Under the pieces are notes generated by a model. The model was not told the DNA's origin, searched no databases, and worked only from the letters and a program-made list of their open reading frames with translations. This document shows positions 1-14,110 of a stretch of DNA of 64,000 nucleotides, one piece after another. Origin of the DNA: Eledone cirrhosa (taxonomy: Eukaryota); contig OZ024750.1 in the NCBI GenBank assembly GCA_964016885.1, positions 19,406,001 to 19,470,000 on the forward strand. Reading direction: 5' to 3'. A program made the position numbers and the translations under genes. Each line of letters starts with the position of its first letter. Within the stretch, counting starts at the first letter, position 1.

Positions 1-90
1 CAATTAAATGGATCCCTCTCGGTTTCGACGGTGCGAGTCGAAGTTATTCGATCAACGGAACATTAAATTAATTAAATTAATTAAATTAAT

Positions 91-308
91 TGGTTCTACT
101 TAAGGCACAAGGCCGGCAATTTGAAGGGGAGGGAAAAGTCGATTAAATCGACTCCCCAGTGCATTACCGGTGCTTTGTTTTATCGACATTTTAAGGATGA
201 AAAGCAAAGCTAAGCCTCGTGGGGCTTGAACTCAGAACGTAAAGGGCCGTAACTCTATGTCACGAAGCATGTCCGACGCTCTACCGATACAGTCAATCAA
301 CTGCCTTT
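91..308 (-). mobile_element. tRNA-derived SINE, long subfamily (Meta-domain-like core)
   Basis: The reverse complement has degenerate A/B boxes (GAGTTCAAG), a core like CTTTTCATCCTT..GTCGATAAAA..AGCACC and the 3' GGCCTTGTGCC tail shared by about 20 copies in the window. Confidence 0.8.
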
Positions 309-369
309 AAATTAATTAAATTAATAAAGTTATTTTATCAATGAAACATTTATTAATTAAATAAATAAA

Positions 370-533
370 GGGTGCTGGATTTGGCAGTATAGTCATTCTG
401 AGTTCAAATCCCGCCGAGGTTACCTTTGCCTTTCATTCTTACGAGGGCGATAAAATAAAGTACCAGTAACGTACTGGTGTCGATGTAATCGACCCTCAAA
501 TTGTTGGCCTTGTGCCTAAATCAGAAACCATTA
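370..533 (+). mobile_element. tRNA-derived SINE with internal deletion
   Basis: TGGCAGTAT (A-box), GAGTTCAAATCCC (B-box), GCCTTTCATTCTTACGAGGGCGATAAAATAAAGTACCAG core and GGCCTTGTGCC tail. Confidence 0.8.
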
Positions 534-2056
534 AATTAATATGAACATTGCTGAAAATTCCCAAGCCACGTTTAGCCATACAGTAATTAAGTTGATACAA
601 CGTGATATATTGTTCGACAAGGTTTGTATGTATTTAAGTATGTAAGTGTGGGCATTTGAGCATGTCTGTGTGTGTGTGTCTGTGTCTGTGTCTGTGTCTG
701 TGTGTATGTGTGTGTAAACGGCCCCGTTCTAGATGTGGTCATAAAGTAATATACGTTTGAAGTTAATTTCTTTATCCTTCGACCATTTTATCTATATTAT
801 TGTATTATTCCCATTCCTCGACCCACGAGGTTGGGTCGCTGTTGCAGCGGGTGTCACTGGCCATCGGCCGGAGGAAGAATGCTTTTGCCGTCTTGTCAGC
901 GGAGCGCAGCACTCTGCCCCCTTGCCCTAGGCCCAAAGCCTAATCACCTCCCCCTTCATCCACCCCTCTCTTCTGCAATACCAGAGCTCTGGCTATCCCC
1001 CTTCCCCTTCCCATTCTTTTTCTTCTTTCTTTCTCTTTTTTGTCTTTCTATATTTCCCTATTCTTTCTCTCCTTTTTTTTCCCCCCCTTAAATTTTTTTC
1101 TTACTAAATCGTATTTTAAAATTAAACATCTATGTCTTCCACTTGCTCACAGAAATTTTCTCATAAACACAATCTCAGCAACATGTAAGCATGACCCTTA
1201 TCATTTTGTCAAGTAATATGTTTAAGTTAAAACAACTACCCCAACACTCAGACCAATACCAATACAGACAGCATCACAGATGATAATATCTTGAAAACAC
1301 CAACAACAATGGCAAAAGTAACGCCACAAACAACAGCAACTGCGACAATAGTAACTCCACATAAAAAGAAACGAGAAAACCACTCAAAAATAAACAACAA
1401 CAGTTATAATTACAAGAATGTTTAATAACATTATCATTTCAATAAATATGATTACCTGTCTCTGAATAATATTTGTTTAATATTTATGTTCGTTAAAAGT
1501 TCGAGAAAATATATGAGATGAAGAAACACCCCCAGGGAATTTAGATATTTCTCCCTCCATCTCTCTCTTTTTCTCTCTATCTCCCTTTCTCTCTTTATCC
1601 ATATATATCTATTTCTATTTACCTCTCTTTCTCACTCTCTATTACAGCCAGACCGTCTCTCTATTTATACATTAATATCTGACTATATATATATATATCT
1701 GTCTTATTCGCCCACTATCACTTTCTTTCTCTTTAAACCGCCTCATTCTGATTCTATGTTACTCTCGTTCTACCTACATTCACGGCCTTGCTTTGTGTCT
1801 CTGTCTTTTTCCATCTGCCATACTCTCTCTCTCTCTGTTTTTTTCTAGTCTAGACTTCGAAACCATGAAAATAAGTAGCCGCCAGTAGGTGTCGCGTCAT
1901 CGTTTCTCTGATCACTTATCACCCTGAGCGATTATTTATAGTGTGACAAAGAGAAATACAACATACAACAACAACAACGACACCCTCATCATCACCAATA
2001 ACAACAACTACCACAACAATAAATATAGAAATAATAACAATAGCAGCAAAAATAAT

Positions 2057-2242
2057 TGTCTCTACTTTAGGCACAAGGCCAGCAATTACCCAGTGCATTA
2101 CTGGTACTTTATTTTATCGACCCCGTAAGGATGAAAGGCAAAGTCAACCTCGGCGGGATTTGAACTCAGATCGTAAAGGGACGTAACTATGCTGGAAAGC
2201 ATGGCGTCCGACCCTCTACTAATACTGCCAATCCACCGCCCT
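2057..2242 (-). mobile_element. tRNA-derived SINE, young short subfamily
   Basis: Full length and near-identical to the copies at 44039 and 57208. Flanked by an imperfect direct repeat, TAG(C/A)A(G/T)CAAAAATAAT. Confidence 0.9.
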
Positions 2243-2354
2243 AGAATCAAAAATAATGAATAAATAAGCCAATAGAATCAAAGATGACAACATCTCAGTA
2301 ACTATGATGAAAATTACGGCGTAGAATATCTTGATATCTTTACTCTTATGTTAT

Positions 2355-2393
<39 letters not shown>

Positions 2394-2398
<5 letters not shown>

Positions 2399-2585
2399 AA
2401 CAAGTAAGACCTCGACGGCTGAGCTCAAGCCGTTTCGACGGTTGATTCAGTCCAGAATTAGCCGTCGAAACGGCTTGAGCTCAGCCGTCGGGGTCTTACT
2501 TGTTTCTATTACCCACTCTACTACCCTAAGTATTGAGTACTTTGGTGCGTTATGGTCCACCTGGTTCCTTACCACTTTTCCTTCG

Positions 2586-2588
<3 letters not shown>
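2394..2588 (+). mobile_element. Penelope-like pLTR fragment (family C): fold-back palindrome plus unique tail, containing the 3' half of a hammerhead
   Basis: Inverted repeat at 2394-2509. GAAA-CGGCT..AGCCG-TC at 2467-2489 gives HHR stem III and a GUC site. Flanked by (TA)n, with homologues at 45136, 46712 and 48683. Confidence 0.65.
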
Positions 2589-2622
<34 letters not shown>

Positions 2623-2751
2623 GAAGTTCTATTTAAATTGTTGGGATACAACAAGCAAATATTTTTATAACTGATATAAAGCACTCAACAAATTATTGGA
2701 GTAAAAATACGATATATTAATAAATGGAAACTATATTTATAAAACCATATT

Positions 2752-2816
2752 TATTTCATTGTACATATTTCAAGGACACCAAGTTAAATTATGGTGTGCT
2801 TTCATCAGATAAAATA
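2752..2816 (-). ncRNA. Type I hammerhead, family A (cleavage triplet mutated)
   Basis: Revcomp reads TATTTTAT-CTGATGA-aagcacacca..tggtgtcctt-GAAA-tatgtaca-ATGAAATA. Intact copies have tatgtata. Confidence 0.65.
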
Positions 2817-3085
2817 TAATATAGAGCAGTTTTATAAATATATATTGACATACCCTTAAAGAATGCGACCATTTCTGTTGGAAGCTCACGGATATATATA
2901 TATTTTGAGTATATGTTGGTTGTATACCATTACCTCAGTATGCTGATTGGAGCACTCGACGAATATGATATGATTCCAGTTCCTCAATGAAACAACAACC
3001 CAACCAGGAACTGGGCATAACAGAGTATTGATAAAGTTAAAAAACCTCAACAACATGTGTACTCGTCTCTACCACACTAATTCGG

Positions 3086-3140
3086 ACTGCCTGAATAGGT
3101 CACAACCAAAGATGGCTGTCACCGAAATATATATAGCAGT
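3086..3140 (+). ncRNA. Type I hammerhead, family B (core mutated to CUGAAUA)
   Basis: ACTGC-CTGAATA-ggtcacaacca..tggctgtcacc-GAAA-tatata-TA-GCAGT, followed by AATAAA. Confidence 0.65.
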
Positions 3141-3186
3141 AATAAACGAAGCCACATTTTAAACATTTGACTTATTTATTTTATTT

Positions 3187-3247
<61 letters not shown>

Positions 3248-3290
3248 ATAACATAAGAGTAAAGATATCATATATATATATATATATAAA

Positions 3291-3505
3291 GGAAATGAAT
3301 CACTTGACTTGTAGTTCAGTTCTAAACGATTTGATTTAATTTTATAATATTATAATTTTACAATTTGATTTTGTAGATCTACAAAACTCAATTGTAAAAT
3401 TGTAATATAAAATTAAATTAAATTGTTTAGTACTACCAGTGAAGTCATTCTTTTCATTTTTTAAAATATACTTAACTGTACCAAGGATTTCACACATTTT
3501 CCAAT
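3291..3505. repeat. Imperfect AT-rich palindrome (centre AGATCT ~3377) with unique tail, between TA tracts
   Basis: The arms 3291-3377 and 3378-3455 are reverse complements with mismatches. Confidence 0.6.
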
Positions 3506-3511
3506 ATATAT

Positions 3512-3780
3512 ATAATTGTTTCTACTTTTGGCACAAGAAATTTAATCAGTGTATTACTGGTACTTTATTTTATCGACCCCGTAAGGACGAAAGGCAAAGT
3601 TAAACACGGCGGGATTTGAACTTAGATCATTAAAGGCCGTAACTCTTTGCTGCAAAGCATGTCATCCGACCCTCTACCGATACTACCAATCCACCAATAT
3701 ATTTAATTGTTTCTACTTTCGGCACAAGGCCAGCACTTATCCCAGTACATTACTGGTACTTTATTTTATCGACCTCGTAA
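3512..3780 (-). mobile_element. One SINE plus a truncated second SINE
   Basis: Same core and tail as the SINE consensus. Confidence 0.8.
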
Positions 3781-4765
3781 ATGTTCAGCTTTTTGCACGT
3801 AATTTCAAGCAAATCTGTTCCCTTCTTCCAACAACTGTGATCCGTTCAACTCACACAATATTTCATTTCCAGCATGTGTATTAAATGGAATGGAATAGAC
3901 ATCCATCGGTTTCGTGGACAAATGTTTCAGTTGTTTGACAAACAGAACAACCTGCTCGTCAAATCAACTTGTACGTTGGTGAAAATTCCCCTGACCCGTG
4001 TATTCTTAATAATTTGAAAATTCAACGTGATACAATTTGCTACAAGACTGGCCTTTTGAATTCAGGTACAGCTCATAGTTTATTATAATGTACGTGGCCA
4101 AATACTCCACAGATTTGTTCAACTATAATGGAAATTTTCATAGGGATTTAACATGAAAGTGTGTCGCAAATCTGACTATTTGAATTTCAGATTTAGTCCA
4201 TACGAAGGGCCCCCAAACAGTTTCTCTCAAATAAATTTAACTAAAAAAAAAACATGGTTCGATTCGAGACTATGGTAAATGACATTTCATCAAAAGACAG
4301 CAGCATGGGCCCGAAACTCGCTGATTGCGAAACAAACTACTTAACCATTCTATGTACTAAGTTATGTATACACGTAACATAAGTTAGTGGTTTGGTAGGG
4401 TCGTTAGAGTGTCAGATAAAAAGACACGGTATTTGACGGTATTTGTTCCGACCCTTTGCGCCCACCGTTTAAATCCCGCTGAATGTAAAGTTGAAAGAAG
4501 CTGGTATGTATTATTGTCTGCAAATATTACCTAGTACAGATATCTATAGATAAAGTATCGCGTAAGGATGTATTTCATATGAAAAAATATAGTGGCTTAT
4601 CACAGTTGCTTATCACAGTATCAGAGTTGAGATATATGTAATAATATATATACAGACGTGGCTTGGCCAATACTGGCCGAAACCTATAATACTGATCAGA
4701 GTTTCAGACACAAACACATATGTATGCATGAATGTTTCTATGTCTTGAAATCTATCAATCTATCT

Positions 4766-4814
<49 letters not shown>

Positions 4815-4817
<3 letters not shown>

Positions 4818-5030
4818 GAGGGTAATTCCAAAAGTAAGGTCTCCAAAGCGATGGGGACGCAGAAAAACTGTTCGTACGGCTGTTGGAAACACTGTTGTGA
4901 TTGGTGCTTGTTTCACTCCCAAACAAGCATGCGCGCGCTTCGCTGGGATGCTCAATCTTGGCTTGGCAGCCGTTGAGAATGGAGCTCCCGTTGAACGCTA
5001 CCGCCAAGTGCGAATTTCGCGCAGTTATTA
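4815..5030 (+). mobile_element. Mariner transposon 5' end (TIR, UTR and transposase N-terminus)
   Basis: TIR CGAGGGTAATTCCAAAAGTAAGGTCTCC. The ATG at 4979 gives MELPLNATAKCEFRAVI, like the mariner N-terminal 'CEVRSVIRFL' region. Confidence 0.75.
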
Positions 5031-5032
5031 TA

Positions 5033-5212
5033 TACGAGGGCAATCCCAAAAGTAAGGTCTCCTTCCGAGGAAAACATGCGCAAAGATCGGCGGATCACTT
5101 TTGATGCTCTCTGCATTTTGGTTCCTGAGGTTTCCCGAAGCACCATCCCCAGGATTTTAACGGAAAAGTTGCAATATCGGAAGGTGACCTTACTTTTGGG
5201 ATTGCCCTCGTA
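5033..5212 (+). mobile_element. Mariner-derived MITE (180 bp) with an internal transposase fragment
   Basis: Perfect 27-bp TIRs (5033-5059 and 5186-5212) in a TA context. The interior encodes RKDRRITFDALCILVPEVSRSTIPRILTEKLQYRKV, the mariner HTH2 region preceding WVP. Confidence 0.85.
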
Positions 5213-5223
5213 TATAAATAATA

Positions 5224-5384
5224 GTAGAACACTGGTGGGTAATATCCGTAGTAGTAGAGCACTCAGTCCATGTGACAAGTTTGGTAGAAGTAGTTCCACA
5301 ACAGTTCACCATACCGAGAACAATTGTTTCACCTTATTCGGATCCTCAGAGCTGAGTGGGGATCTAATTGTTGAGGAACTACTT
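5224..5384 (-). mobile_element. Penelope-like pLTR fragment (family H) with a hammerhead-like core
   Basis: Revcomp contains CTGAGGA-tccgaataaggt-GAAA-caattg-TT, but stem I is poor. Homologous to 53875-54005. Confidence 0.45.
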
Positions 5385-5415
5385 ATATATATATATATAT
5401 ATATATATAGATGTG

Positions 5416-5530
<115 letters not shown>

Positions 5531-6160
5531 GATAGATATATAGATAGATTAAAACAGTTAGGCAAATAGGCACATAGATAGATTGATAGAGTTCAAGACA
5601 CTCTTACACACATACATACATACATTATTGTATACCGTAAAAGGAAACAATGAGACAGAAGAAAGAAACGGTTCATTACTGTTACGAAAGCTCTCATTAC
5701 GCTATATCAGTTAATTAGTTAAGTTTTCGAAACGGAAATGAAAATGAAAATACATTAAACGTCTAAAGTGTAATGTCCATTAGAAAAGATTGCGATCTGT
5801 TCATTAAGGTTGCTGACAAATTAGATTCACATGGACAAAATCCGAAGTGTTTCACTTCGTTTGAATGTGACGGCCATTAAAATGGCCGTTTCGGAAGACA
5901 TTTCTAGCAAGGCTGCTTCTCCTTTGATCGTAACCAACACAAATATCTTAATGTTCTCTGATATTTCTGCTAGACATGATATACAGTATATTGTATGGCG
6001 GGGAAGCTTGATTGTCATTATAATCATTATATCGTCACAGTCGCTGTTGTGGTTGATGTTTATTGTAACAATTTAACGAATAGTCTCAATGACATAGAAT
6101 CAATCATATAAACAGACGCCTCATTATAGATAACTATACATAAATGTTGATAACTCTAAA

Positions 6161-6760
6161 TACTGTATTTGCCGGTTTATAAGACCTGTGGGCATATAAG
6201 ACACACCTCAATGGGGGCAGTTATTTAAAATAAATAAATAAATATATGGGTTTAAATTACGAATGTTATATTGCATCGTAAAGTATGAAATTTTTAGAAA
6301 TTTGCTTTTTTTCCACAAATTTCTATAAATTCCATATTTGACGAACCAATATGTCAGGTGAAGGGTATTAAGTTTATGTATCTATTTTTATAATTATCAT
6401 AAGTTTAGTTCTAATATGTTATAACATCTTTAAATCATAAGGAAGTGTGAACATATATTTAATTCTCTACGTCGTATATTTAAAACAAAAGAAAGTGAAA
6501 ATTAATTGGTTTTATTTCTAAAATTTATTAAAATTGTAGCTTCTTTCTGGAAAAATATTGCCATTGTTAGTGTCGAATCGAACGCCAACTTATCTAGATT
6601 TTCGGAGATGTTTGCGGTTTAATTTCAGGGCCACTACAGCACTAGAACTCGACTAGCCAGAAAGCCAAACTAATTCTTGACATTATAAGACGCAGGGGGA
6701 TTTTCTGGGACATTTTGGGGAATAAAAATGTGCGTCTTATAAGCCTCAAATGCGGAAATA
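6161..6760. mobile_element. Degenerate pogo/Tigger-type MITE with a nested mariner-like mini-hairpin (6268-6352)
   Basis: The ends TACTGTATTTGCCGGTTTATAAGAC and GTCTTATAAGCCTCAAATGCGGAA are imperfect TIRs. The TATAAGAC motif is repeated subterminally. Confidence 0.55.
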
Positions 6761-6796
6761 TTACTCTTTTGTGTTGCAAGACATTATTTTTCTTAT

Positions 6797-6983
6797 GGCG
6801 GTGGATTGGCAGTAGAGGTAGAGCGTCAGACGCCATGCTTTGCAATATTGAGTTACGGTTCTTTATGGACTGAGTTCAAATCTTGCCGAGGTTAACTTTG
6901 TCTTTAATCTTTACGGGGTCGATAAAATAAAGTACCGGTAATGCACTGAGATAAATGCTCGCCTTTTCCCCAAAATAGAAACA
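6797..6983 (+). mobile_element. tRNA-derived SINE with 14-bp TSD
   Basis: A/B boxes and core. ATTATTTTTCTTAT occurs at 6783-6796 and 6984-6997. Confidence 0.85.
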
Positions 6984-7097
6984 ATTATTTTTCTTATAGT
7001 CCTTATATATCATTGCCGCCACTTTTACTTTTCCTGTTGTTGTTAAAGCTTATTGTAACTAATAAAAGAATGGTTTCATTGACATAGAGTTTGTCAC

Positions 7098-7198
7098 ATG
7101 GAGAAAAGCCTCTTGGAGATGCAGGACATGGCAGCGATAATGAGGGACAGAGACCGCTGGAGAGAACTCGTCCTTAGATCTCGGGAATTTTACGCGCC
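7098..7198 (+). mobile_element. RTE-clade LINE extreme 3' fragment
   Basis: Translates to LEMQDMAAIMRDRDRWRELV, the DRxxWR C-terminal motif of RTE ORFs. Confidence 0.5.
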
Positions 7199-7241
7199 AT
7201 ATATATATATATATATATATATGATTGAAAACGTATCTTTT

Positions 7242-7560
<319 letters not shown>

Positions 7561-7588
7561 AATTGCATGAACTCATAATCCTTTATTT

Positions 7589-7644
7589 ACTGCTATATAT
7601 ATTTCGATGATAGCCATTGAATGGCTATGACCTCATCAGGCAAT
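7589..7644 (-). ncRNA. Type I hammerhead, family B variant, intact core
   Basis: Revcomp reads ATTGC-CTGATGA-ggtcATAGCCAT-tca-ATGGCTATcatc-GAAA-tatata-TA-GCAGT-AAATAAA. Confidence 0.8.
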
Positions 7645-7707
7645 TAGTAAGTTCTTAGATGTGCCAGCTCTGTGTTTTTGGAGTTGATGGTTTCAGAGCC
7701 TTGGGAC

Positions 7708-7741
<34 letters not shown>

Positions 7742-8485
7742 TTATATGTGTATGTTCGCGTGTGTATCCGTATCTATGTTTATAATTGCGTCTGTGTATG
7801 ATTATGTCATGCACCCTAATGGTTCGGTTAAAAAATGTCCGATGAGAGAGATACCAGTATTGAAAAATGGTGTTGGTTTAATCTACTAAATCAAGGTTCT
7901 GCTCCAGTATGGCTGCAGTCTATTATAAACAGTGACAAGTAACAAATAACAGAATAAAGAGACATATTTTTAAATGCCTGAAGTTTCAAAGCTGGACAAC
8001 CTAATGTTATACGGTTACTCACTCCAAACACATCAAAAGTTATATTTTGTTACCAGGCATCTTATTTTCATTATTGTTGTCTTGTCCTATAAAGTGAATT
8101 ATTTTTTTTATTAAATATTTCAAAACGTCAAACGAATAATTATTCGGTGATTTAATATCCAGACATAGAGTATTTAGTTGTTCTACTAATTAAATTTATC
8201 CTCATGAAGTTAACAAGTAAGCAGCTGATTTATACCAGTCAAGTATACACTCTTTAAAGTGACACAATTTTTTTAGAGAAAATTAACGTGACGCAATGCA
8301 ACAATATAGGACGTTGGCATTGCAGGCATATTGGAGATGGAAATAAATACAAAACACAGAGAAAGAAAAAAATAACATCAGTACTGAAATGCATTTATCG
8401 ACCACGAAAGCATTAACTACAGATTATACTAGGCGGGATATCAAAAAAGAGCAAGGTGAACCAGAAACAATATTGCACTAAATTT

Positions 8486-9236
<751 letters not shown>

Positions 9237-9364
9237 TAGATCTGTTGAATATGCATGCCAATTCTAACACATATATATCCTAGAAACGATCGTTAAATAA
9301 TGAACTTTTTTTGTTTAATATAAGGAACTGTTTCATTGTTTTATTCATTATTTTTTTAATATTT

Positions 9365-10190
<826 letters not shown>

Positions 10191-10230
10191 ATATTAAATA
10201 AATGGAAAACTATATTTATAAAACCATATT

Positions 10231-10296
10231 TATTTCATTATATATATTTCGGGGATATCATAATAACAATATGCTATGCCTTCATCAGACAAAATA
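10231..10296 (-). ncRNA. Type I hammerhead, family A variant
   Basis: Revcomp reads TATTTTGT-CTGATGA-aggcatagcata..tatgatatcccc-GAAA-tatata-TA-ATGAAATA. Confidence 0.7.
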
Positions 10297-10369
10297 CAAT
10301 ATAAACAGTTTTATAGATAAATATATTCGAATATGTCGAATATATTTATCTATAAAACTGTTTATATTG

Positions 10370-10435
10370 TATTTTGTCTGATGAAGGCATAGCATATTGT
10401 TAATATGATATCCCCGAAATATATATAATGAAATA
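10370..10435 (+). ncRNA. Type I hammerhead, family A variant
   Basis: CTGATGA at 10378, stem II gcatagcatatt/aatatgatatc, GAAA at 10416 and palindromic stem III ATATATAT. Confidence 0.7.
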
Positions 10436-10566
10436 AATATGGTTTTATAAATATAGTTTTCCATTTATTTAATATTGTAAATATACTCCAAGTATTTGTC
10501 GAGTGCTTTTATATCAGTTATAAATATTTACTAGTTGTAACCCAACAATTTTAAATATAACTTTAC

Positions 10567-11004
10567 ATGTATATACATATATATATACATATATATATAC
10601 ATATATATATACATATACATATACATATATATATACATATATATATACATTATATATATATATATGTATATATATATATACATATACATATATATATACA
10701 TATATATATACATATACATATACATATATATATACATATACATTATATATATATATATGTATATATATATATACATATACATATATATATACATATACAT
10801 TATATATATATATATGTATATATATATATACATATACATATATATATACATATATATATACATATATATATACATATATATATACATATATATATACATA
10901 TAAAATATTAAACAAATAATGAACAAACAATTCCTTATATTAAACAAAAAAAGTTCACTATTTAACGATCGTTTCTACCGTAAACTCTTGGTAGATTTAT
11001 CTAC

Positions 11005-11055
<51 letters not shown>

Positions 11056-11080
11056 CATATATATATACATATATATATAC

Positions 11081-11139
<59 letters not shown>

Positions 11140-11152
11140 CATATATACATAT

Positions 11153-11205
<53 letters not shown>

Positions 11206-11738
11206 GATATATATCTATATATATATATATATATAGATATATATAGATATATATATATATATATATATATATAGATATATATAGATATATATAGATATAT
11301 ATATATATAGATATATATAGATATATATATATATAGATATATATATAGATATATATATATAGAGATAGATATAGATATATATATAGATAGATATATATAT
11401 ATATAGATAGATAGATATAGATATATATATAGATAGATATATATATATATAGATAGATAGATATAGATATATATATAGATAGATATATATATATATAGAT
11501 AGATATATATAGATATATATATATATAGATATATATAGATATATATATATATAGAGATATATATATATATATATATAGATATATATATAGATAGATAGAT
11601 AGATATATAGATAGATAGATATATATATATAGATATATAGATATATAGATAGATAGATATATATATATAGATATATATATATATATATATATAGATATAT
11701 ATAGATATATATATATAGATATATAGATATATATATAT

Positions 11739-11771
<33 letters not shown>

Positions 11772-12414
11772 TATATATATATAGATATAGATATATATAT
11801 AGATATATATATATAGATATAGATAGATATATATATATATAGATATAGATAGATATAGATAGATATATATATATATAGATATATATATAGATAGATATAT
11901 ATAGATATAGATATATATAGATATAGATATATATAGATATAGATATATATATATATATAGATATATATATATATATATAGATATATATATAGAGATATAG
12001 ATATATATAGATATAGATATATATAGATATAGATATATATAGATATAGATATATATATATAGATATATATATAGATATATATATATAGATATATATATAT
12101 AGATATATATATAGATATATATATATAGATATAGATATATATATATAGATATAGATATATATAGATAGATATAGATATATATAGATAGATATAGATATAT
12201 AGATATATATAGATAGATATAGATATATAGATATAGATATATATATATATATATATATATATAGATAGATAGATAGATAGATATATATATATATAGATAG
12301 ATATATATATATATATATATATATATAGATAGATATATATATATATATATATATAGATAGATAGAGATATATAGATAGATAGATATATATATATAGATAG
12401 ATATATATATAGAT

Positions 12415-12492
<78 letters not shown>
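10567..12492. repeat. Compound (TA)n arrays (TACA then TAGA variants) ending in (GA)n, with a short unique island at 10901-11003
   Basis: Direct inspection. Confidence 0.95.
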
Positions 12493-12496
<4 letters not shown>

Positions 12497-12498
<2 letters not shown>

Positions 12499-12592
12499 TA
12501 ATAATAATAAATGTGAAGATTAAAATCCAATGAGGGCTCGATAAGGATAATATATATATAAAACCGTAGAGCAAATAAAACCGTAGAGCAAA
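12497..12592 (-). mobile_element. Family D pLTR-like tail fragment
   Basis: Revcomp of TTGCTCTACGG..TTATCCTTATCGAGCCCTC..TGGATTTTA, also present at 22130-22220 and 28020-28110. Confidence 0.6.
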
Positions 12593-12751
12593 ACATCATG
12601 GCGAGCTGGATAGTAATGAGGTTAGCTTCAGAATGAAATATAGGTATGTATACGTATAATGGAGAAGAATAAATAGAAAGAGACAGAAGTAAAGAGTCAA
12701 GAGTTAAATTGGCAAGAAAAAAGGACAGGAAGCGGAAGCGGGCTGCAGATG

Positions 12752-12791
<40 letters not shown>

Positions 12792-12919
12792 CGATTATAT
12801 ATATATATTCTATAAGAATCAAACATTCATGATTTTCATATATATATATATATATATATATACACATGTATGTAACTGCCGTACTAAGAGTGAGAAATGA
12901 AATTTCGTTTCATTCTATT

Positions 12920-12997
<78 letters not shown>

Positions 12998-13210
12998 CAG
13001 TCGACCGACTTCCGTCTAATCGGACTGAAGAAACAATGTTTCCGCTGGTTTTTCCAATTGCAACTCCGTGTAGAAGGAGCAACGTGAAATAATGTGTCGT
13101 GCTCGAAGATATAAGGCATCGACCGGTCCAGGAATCGAACTCACAACCTCACAATTGCAAATGCAATTTTCTAAAACTCAGAGACGCGACTTCACTATAA
13201 ATATATATAT

Positions 13211-13311
<101 letters not shown>

Positions 13312-13939
13312 AAGGGAAAGGGAGAGAGAGAGAAAGAGAGAGAGAGAGAAAGAGGGATGATAGATAAAACGGTAGACTAATGATAATACGAGCTCTTTTT
13401 TAAAACCTTTTCATGGAAAGTATTACCTCTGCTCTAACGAATATTGACGATTAATCAATAAAGCTAAATCGAATACTCTCAATCAAAACAACAAAGTTAT
13501 GTTCCTTGATTGCATATATTGCTTACTGATGTGTTATTATGACTAATTGATCAATCTTTGAAGGGAATTGATATTTTCTATCACATGATGATTTTATCGT
13601 TATGTTTTATATGAAGTTCACATGAGGTAACAACATTAGCATGCAACCGTCTGTGACGGAGGAGGGAATAATTTCTTCTGATCATGCAAAAACTGAATAA
13701 AAACCGATAGACATTTATCATACATACATCATAATTATTCTACTATATTTTAACAATACTGTTAATGATTATGCTACTATCAACGCTAGTATAAGTCTAC
13801 AATATTTTAAGGGTAAAGCCAATCGAAACATGACCCAGAGGTAGACCAATATCAAAATTATTTTGTAACGTCCATAAGGCCGCTTGGTATAACTTAGGGA
13901 CCCAGTCGGATGTTCTGGAGAGGGCTACTTCTGATAGTA

Positions 13940-14110
13940 CCCTTTAGAAGAAGGCATGCCTGTAGAGCCTACACTTCGCGTCGCCCTCCTAAAGAAGAAG
14001 AAGAAGAAGAAGAAGAAATCCGCTGTCTTCGAACCTGGAGAAGGATGCAGTACACCAGCCGAATGTTGTGTGTCAGGACGGCGCCTTGGCGACTTTCCCA
14101 TGAAGCCATA
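13940..14110. repeat. Dispersed GC-rich repeat attached to (GAA)n, probably a retroelement terminus
   Basis: AAATCCGCTGTC..GAAGGATGCAGTACACCAGCC..GGCGACTTTCC recurs at 21402-21500, again immediately after (GAA)n. Confidence 0.55.

Larger units (their letters stand above)
2620..3190. mobile_element. Composite non-autonomous element with two opposite-strand hammerheads (A on minus, B on plus)
   Basis: Colinear with the reverse complement of 40090-40640 and bounded by (TA)n on both sides. Confidence 0.75.

Noticed and set aside
370-420. tRNA genes suggested by A/B boxes
   Set aside because: The boxes are SINE heads, always followed by the SINE core, with no complete cloverleaf.
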